A stretch of 64,000 bases of DNA. It comes from Macrostomum lignano. Its lineage: Eukaryota. Under the pieces are notes generated by a model. It was not told the origin of the DNA, made no database searches, and saw nothing but the letters and a program-made list of their open reading frames with translations. The position numbers were made by a program, and so were the translations under genes. Location of the stretch: positions 1 to 64,000 of the forward strand of contig NIVC01001568.1 of the NCBI GenBank assembly GCA_002269645.1, written 5' to 3'. How positions within the stretch are numbered: position 1 is the first letter of the stretch; the number at the start of each line of letters is the position of its first letter. This document shows, piece by piece, positions 59,169 to 64,000 of the stretch.

Positions 59169-62100
59169 TATAACCCCAGGCCGCGCCGCAGGCGCGAAGG
59201 GTCTTTTTCTGTTACTAAAAATGAACCGAGTTTACATGAATTTCACATGATACATGCTAACGAATATAAAAATTCATGTGCTGTTTTACACACAATGCAC
59301 CGAGGACAGAGAATAAAAAGCGGCTATTGTGCTCCAGCGGGGCAGGTCATTTTTGGATAGAGAATCTTTTGTGTTTGAGCCTTCTATATTTTCTATACAA
59401 AAAAGAGTAAAAAAAGAGCTATAAAATAAAACCGCTCGAGATGCTTGCACACTACCCTTTTGTGCCAGTGCTATTTTTGTCGTTCATTTTTGCCTTACTA
59501 GTAACCAAGTTGCCTAAATACATTAGCTTTTCTCGTTTTTTACGTAAATTCATTGTTTTTGTCATTATTAATTTTAGCATTATCAAGAAGTAAGTATGCG
59601 TAAATAAATAACTGGTTTTGTACTGTAACTTTGCTACTAATAAATTCTTTGATGTATTTTTGTTTAAATTTGTCCGCCATATTTAGTAAAACTAGTATAT
59701 ATACGCGCAAATAAACTTCTTTTCTGCATGCTTCTTGTGCCTCTCCCTTTTGGCAAATTGCTCCTAGCTAAGTCTGGAGTATGAACAGTTTGTTCTAAAA
59801 ATAGAATTGATTCAGCCTTCAGCCCTCCTTTCTTTCCCCCATAACCCCGTATTCTTTAGAAGCCCCGACCGTTTCTCCCCTCCCGGTGAACATCTCCCCT
59901 CTATCCCCCCCTCGTTGAAAGAACTGAGTTCTCCCTTCCTTGACCCTTCCCCAGTCAAGTGTACAATCAGGCCTCCCTCCCTCTCCTTCTCCCCCGTTCC
60001 CCCCCCCCCCAACGTACACGCCGCCCAGTCGTAGCGCATACCTAGCGAATTACCCCAAGTTTTAGATATTCTCTTTCCCTATCAGGCCCATTTCGTATCC
60101 CATGTCAGCATTCCCATTAGATATTGACATGCCCCACTAGATACTGAAATTACCCATTAGGTATTGAAATTCCCCATTAGTGCGTTTATCCCAGGCAACT
60201 CTGATCCGCCGCGCAGCCCTCCCTCGGACAGTTTTAATATATAGACAGTGTCTTGCCGCTCGGACACTCACGCCACCAGGAGCAACCATTGGCTTACTCC
60301 TATTAGTAATAGAACTAGCATATTCTTCAGAAATCCCAAGAATCCCATAAATTCCCTCACAACAGATTTAGTGTCAGCCTAGGATAATTTCCCTCCCCCA
60401 AGACCCCTGTAACACTTTCTTTAGTGTCTGCAACTTAATTTTTCTGTTACAAAAAATAGACAAAAATGACACACGTTACTCATATACAAAATCTGAATGA
60501 ATTGCAGGTAGGAGACCCAGTTGAATACCGAGGTGAGGGTCTTTTTGATGTGGTTGGAACAGCAGCAAACTTCGTTAAAGATAATATGGGTCTTATAGGC
60601 CAAGCAGGCTCTGCAGCAGGTTCTATAACAAACGCTCGGCAGTAACAGAACAAACGGCAGTAGAAGAACTGTAGTGTGAGCATCTTTGCGTGTAAATTGA
60701 CTGTATTAGTTTCTATATTGTTATTGAATTGTTATTTTGCTTTAGTTTAGTCATGCGTTTTTGATGTACTTTTTCTTGTTAGTTAGAATCTAAATTTGTA
60801 AACAGGTTAGAAATCAGACGCCATCTGTGACTCAGCGGAGGGTTGAGTTTTGTCTGCGAACCCCAGCTTTGCGCGGCCAGCCAATCAGAACCGGCCTGGA
60901 CCCTGGCACGCGGCAAGTTTCAGTTCTACCCGGCGCCGCGGGCACAGTGCAAATCGGCTTAGCAAGCGGCCGGCCAGACGACCACCACCGGCTTGAGGGG
61001 GGTTTTGTGAGGGGTTGACTCTGACTATATATGAAAGTGTGTTTTGGCAATCGGATCTCGCTTCTCTCCTTTCCCCGGTTTTGTCTTGCCCAGTTCCCGG
61101 CCGGTGGCCCGACTTTTCCTCCCCTTGTTGGTTCGCGCTTTGAGGCGTTTTGATTTCATCACCCCCGGTCCATATCTTTGTTCCCGCCCAACCGCAGTAG
61201 TCTTGTGGCGTAACGTCTACGGCAAATTCCTGTCTGAAGTCGTCGCTATCAAGCGCGGTTAGACAGAGACTGTCGGATCGGATCAAGTACGCGGCCTCGA
61301 CCCCGAGGGCCCCAGTGTTACACTGAAGGGCAGTGCCGATAGAACTTAGTCGGTACTCCGTTGAACGGTCGGTTCGGCAGGGCTCTCGTTTGAGAGTAGG
61401 TTCTGGCTTAGGCCAGGGGTTAGGAGTCTTCTCCGTGGTCCTGTGTTCGGTGCCTCTTTCTTCTTCAGCTGAGATCCGCTTGTCAGTGCGTGTATAATCA
61501 TTATTTATTAACCGTTATTATCGTTTGTCAACTCTAGTTATCTGCGTCGTTTGTCTAAATCTTGTAACTCAGCTAGTCAAATTAAACCGTCAATCAAGTT
61601 AGTTATTCTTGAAATAGGATTATCACTCTCTAAATCTTTCGGTTTGTGTTTCCTCGTGTTCTTTATTTTCTTGTACTGTATCTGCGGCTATTGGAGAAGA
61701 CTGGTAGAACTCGCCGACCGGCGATAGGCGATTAGGATTAATAGCTTTAAAATCTCCGAACGCTCCAAGTAGGTTTGTCTAGGGCCTAAATAATTGCTCA
61801 CCGTGCATGCTATTATCTAATTGCCTATTTATCACAAGTGGAGCCCCTGGGAATCCAATAGTTAGCAGGCGGCAGTTTATTGGTAGGCGCTCTAAGTGAG
61901 CAAGCTTAGACTAAAACTCAACGAGTCTGTTCCAGGCTCGTAGCGGCTATTTCGTCAACCACGCAGTGTGCAGCAATTCCGCATTAGGTGTGGTTTTGCG
62001 GTTGGCCAGTTACCCCAAAATACTGAATAGGATTTAGGAGTGGGAAAAATAAAATTGACTTTCTAAAACTAAAATTAGCACTTTAATAGAAACTTGCGTG

Positions 62101-62364
62101 TGAAAGTAGATTTTGTTTACAGTTGAAAATTTCATTAGTGTTTATCAGCATAGTCTGCGAGTGCGCGCACTAGAGAGTACATTGGTTGAATTTGTCTCAG
62201 TGTACATTCAGTTTTTCTTATCAGTTATTGCCAGTGCGAGCGAGGCGACCGATTCCGCTCATTAGATAAAATAGGAAAGCGAGATTATTGAAATTGTTAT
62301 AGCTTTACAAGTTGTACTTTCTGAAATTGCAGTAATAGAAATTCCAATTGGTTGAAACTTAGCA

Positions 62365-63597
62365 ATGGCGCAGGACGGAGAAAATAGTCAAGAATCGAAG
62401 TCAGTTGAGATTAGGAACGAAGGCGAAATAGATGAGGCCGAACATTTGAGAACAGTAGTGAGAGAACTGCAGGATCGCATAAGAAGAATGGAAACCGAAA
62501 ATCCCGAACCTAGAGTGATTTTGAAGTCGCATAACAGCGTAGCAAAGCCCAAGCCATACCGACTTGGCTCAGATTTCGAATTGTTTCTAAGAATCTTCAA
62601 CAACTACTGTCAAGGCAACAGTATAGACGAATCGGCTAAAGTGTATCAACTATTGTCGCTCCTAGACGAAGACGCCTACAAGGTTTACATTAACTTAGGC
62701 CTAGCGAGCACCGAATCATTTGAAAGCATCGAAAAGACTTTAAAGGACAAATTTAAGCCCGTAGGACAGAAGGAAGAAGCGAAGTTAGAGCTGATGAACC
62801 GGAAGCAGAAGGAAGACGAATCATTAGAAGAATTTTACGACGCACTAGTTGAATTAGTTAGGAAGGCAGGACTAGAGAGTCAGGCCAGGGAGCGAGTTTC
62901 TGAACGATTTGAAGCCGGCATAGCGAATTATAAAGTCAGGCGCGCAGTTATTGCCTATCGCAGAACGCATGAATCGAAGTATCAGACGCAAGATTTACTG
63001 ACTGCAGCAAAGAACGAGGAGATCCTCGAAGAACTCGCAAATCCAGGCAGTCAAAAGAATAGGAGGAAGCAGGAGGGCTCAAATACTTTGACAGCTCAAG
63101 TAGAAAAAGAGCAGAAAAAGCCAGCACCCAGCGCGGGGCAGGGCCACCAGTCATTTGGACCTCAGTTTGCTTCCCCAGCCAATTATCCTTCGCAGTACCA
63201 ACCGTACCAGAATTATCAGCCTCAGTTCGACTACAGGCAATGGCAACCTAGGTTCGCCCATAGACAGATGAATTCAAGCTATAGGCCACAGGCACCAGTG
63301 CAGCCTCCGAATAGCTTTCGGCCACAGCATCACATGAGCAGTTACTCGAGACCCTATAATAGGCAGTCTTCGCCATTTGTCAGGCCCGCCATGACACGCC
63401 CGTCACGCTTTGGTCACGAGGCCGGAGGGGCCAATGACAGGTTCACACCTTCGGGGGCGAACGCGCCAAATGCGAGAAAGGCCTGTTATGAGTGCGGCGA
63501 AGAAACTCACCTGGCTAGAGACTGCCCAGTTAGACGAAATTCTTTAAACTACCGACGGGGCGGCACCAAGGGAGGGCCAACCGCCCCCAGCCACTAA
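62365..63597 (+). CDS. gag: Gag, 410 aa, intact
   Basis: KPKPYRLGSDFELFLRIF, RKQKEDESLEEF, CYECGEETHLARDC (CCHC). Confidence 0.9.
   Translation: MAQDGENSQESKSVEIRNEGEIDEAEHLRTVVRELQDRIRRMETENPEPRVILKSHNSVAKPKPYRLGSDFELFLRIFNNYCQGNSIDESAKVYQLLSLLDEDAYKVYINLGLASTESFESIEKTLKDKFKPVGQKEEAKLELMNRKQKEDESLEEFYDALVELVRKAGLESQARERVSERFEAGIANYKVRRAVIAYRRTHESKYQTQDLLTAAKNEEILEELANPGSQKNRRKQEGSNTLTAQVEKEQKKPAPSAGQGHQSFGPQFASPANYPSQYQPYQNYQPQFDYRQWQPRFAHRQMNSSYRPQAPVQPPNSFRPQHHMSSYSRPYNRQSSPFVRPAMTRPSRFGHEAGGANDRFTPSGANAPNARKACYECGEETHLARDCPVRRNSLNYRRGGTKGGPTAPSH
63543..63587 (+). promoter_or_regulatory. -1 programmed ribosomal frameshift signal
   Basis: T TTA AAC in the gag frame (63543-63549), a 7-nt spacer, then a 7-bp stem GGGGCGG (63557-63563) / CCGCCCC (63581-63587). 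Confidence 0.85.
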
Positions 63598-64000
63598 ACC
63601 GATTCACTCCCAATAGAAGAGCTGCAGCAGTAGAAGATCAGCAAGTTAGCTCAGGCAATGTAGAATATGGCAATTTAGTTTGGTATAATTATTACAGAGG
63701 CTACGGATTCCTGCGAGATAGCAATAATAGAGATATTTTCTTTCATGTGACTAATACAAACATAGCAACTGATTACGAAATTATGCATTTTCTGCGCCAG
63801 AGGGCGACAGTAAAATTTATTCGCACTAACGATACTACTCATAGTAGGAAACAGAGAGCGGTCAATGTTAAAATTTGCTCAAGCGAGGAACGCAGATTAG
63901 CAGAAATTAACAAACAGAAGTCAGCGAGCTTAGCTAGACAGTCAGAGCAATTGACAGAAGAATTAGAGGAACGAAGCGAAGCTGCGGCAGCTCAGAGAAG
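63543..64000 (+). CDS. -1 frame ORF (presumed pol N-terminus) containing a cold-shock domain at ~63663-63872; open to the window end
   Basis: 152 codons without a stop: EYGNLVWYNYYRGYGFLRDSNNRDIFFHVTNTNIATDYEIMHFLRQRATVKFIRTNDTTHSRKQRAVNVK, then a charged helical segment. Confidence 0.8.

Larger units (their letters stand above)
60672..64000 (+). mobile_element. Ty3/Gypsy-like LTR retrotransposon, 5' part (LTR 60672-61636, ~730-bp leader, gag, frameshifted downstream ORF); runs off the window
   Basis: LTR matches the solo LTR at 40716-41703; gag with capsid-like motifs and a CCHC knuckle; -1 frameshift signal. Confidence 0.85.

Overview
Eukaryotic (most likely invertebrate animal) repeat-dense DNA made almost entirely of nested mobile elements; no confident intact host gene. 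Left to right: 5' part of a decayed Ty3/Gypsy element (- strand) with a triple LTR-end/PBS array; a near-identical ~3.86-kb tandem amplification (3411-15664) carrying a P-element/THAP9-like transposase fragment and hAT-type MITEs; two Ngaro-type tyrosine-recombinase retroelements (one fragmentary, one nearly complete and interrupted by an LTR-type insertion); a full Mag-like Gypsy (33127-40516) containing a solo LTR and a 5'-truncated LINE; a CMC/EnSpm-like two-gene DNA transposon remnant hit by a solo LTR and by an intact young Gypsy (43744-47985); a decayed Polinton/adintovirus segment (integrase plus parvovirus-type PLA2) with two tiny AGTAGT-ended foldbacks nearby; a Penelope-like RT remnant; and a final Gypsy (60672 to end). 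In that last element a -1 frameshift signal leads from gag into an ORF, missing from the supplied track, that begins with a Y-box-type cold-shock domain; this is the most unusual observation. All family calls come from motif recognition by eye, with no database searches. Several frameshifts sit in homopolymers and may be assembly errors.
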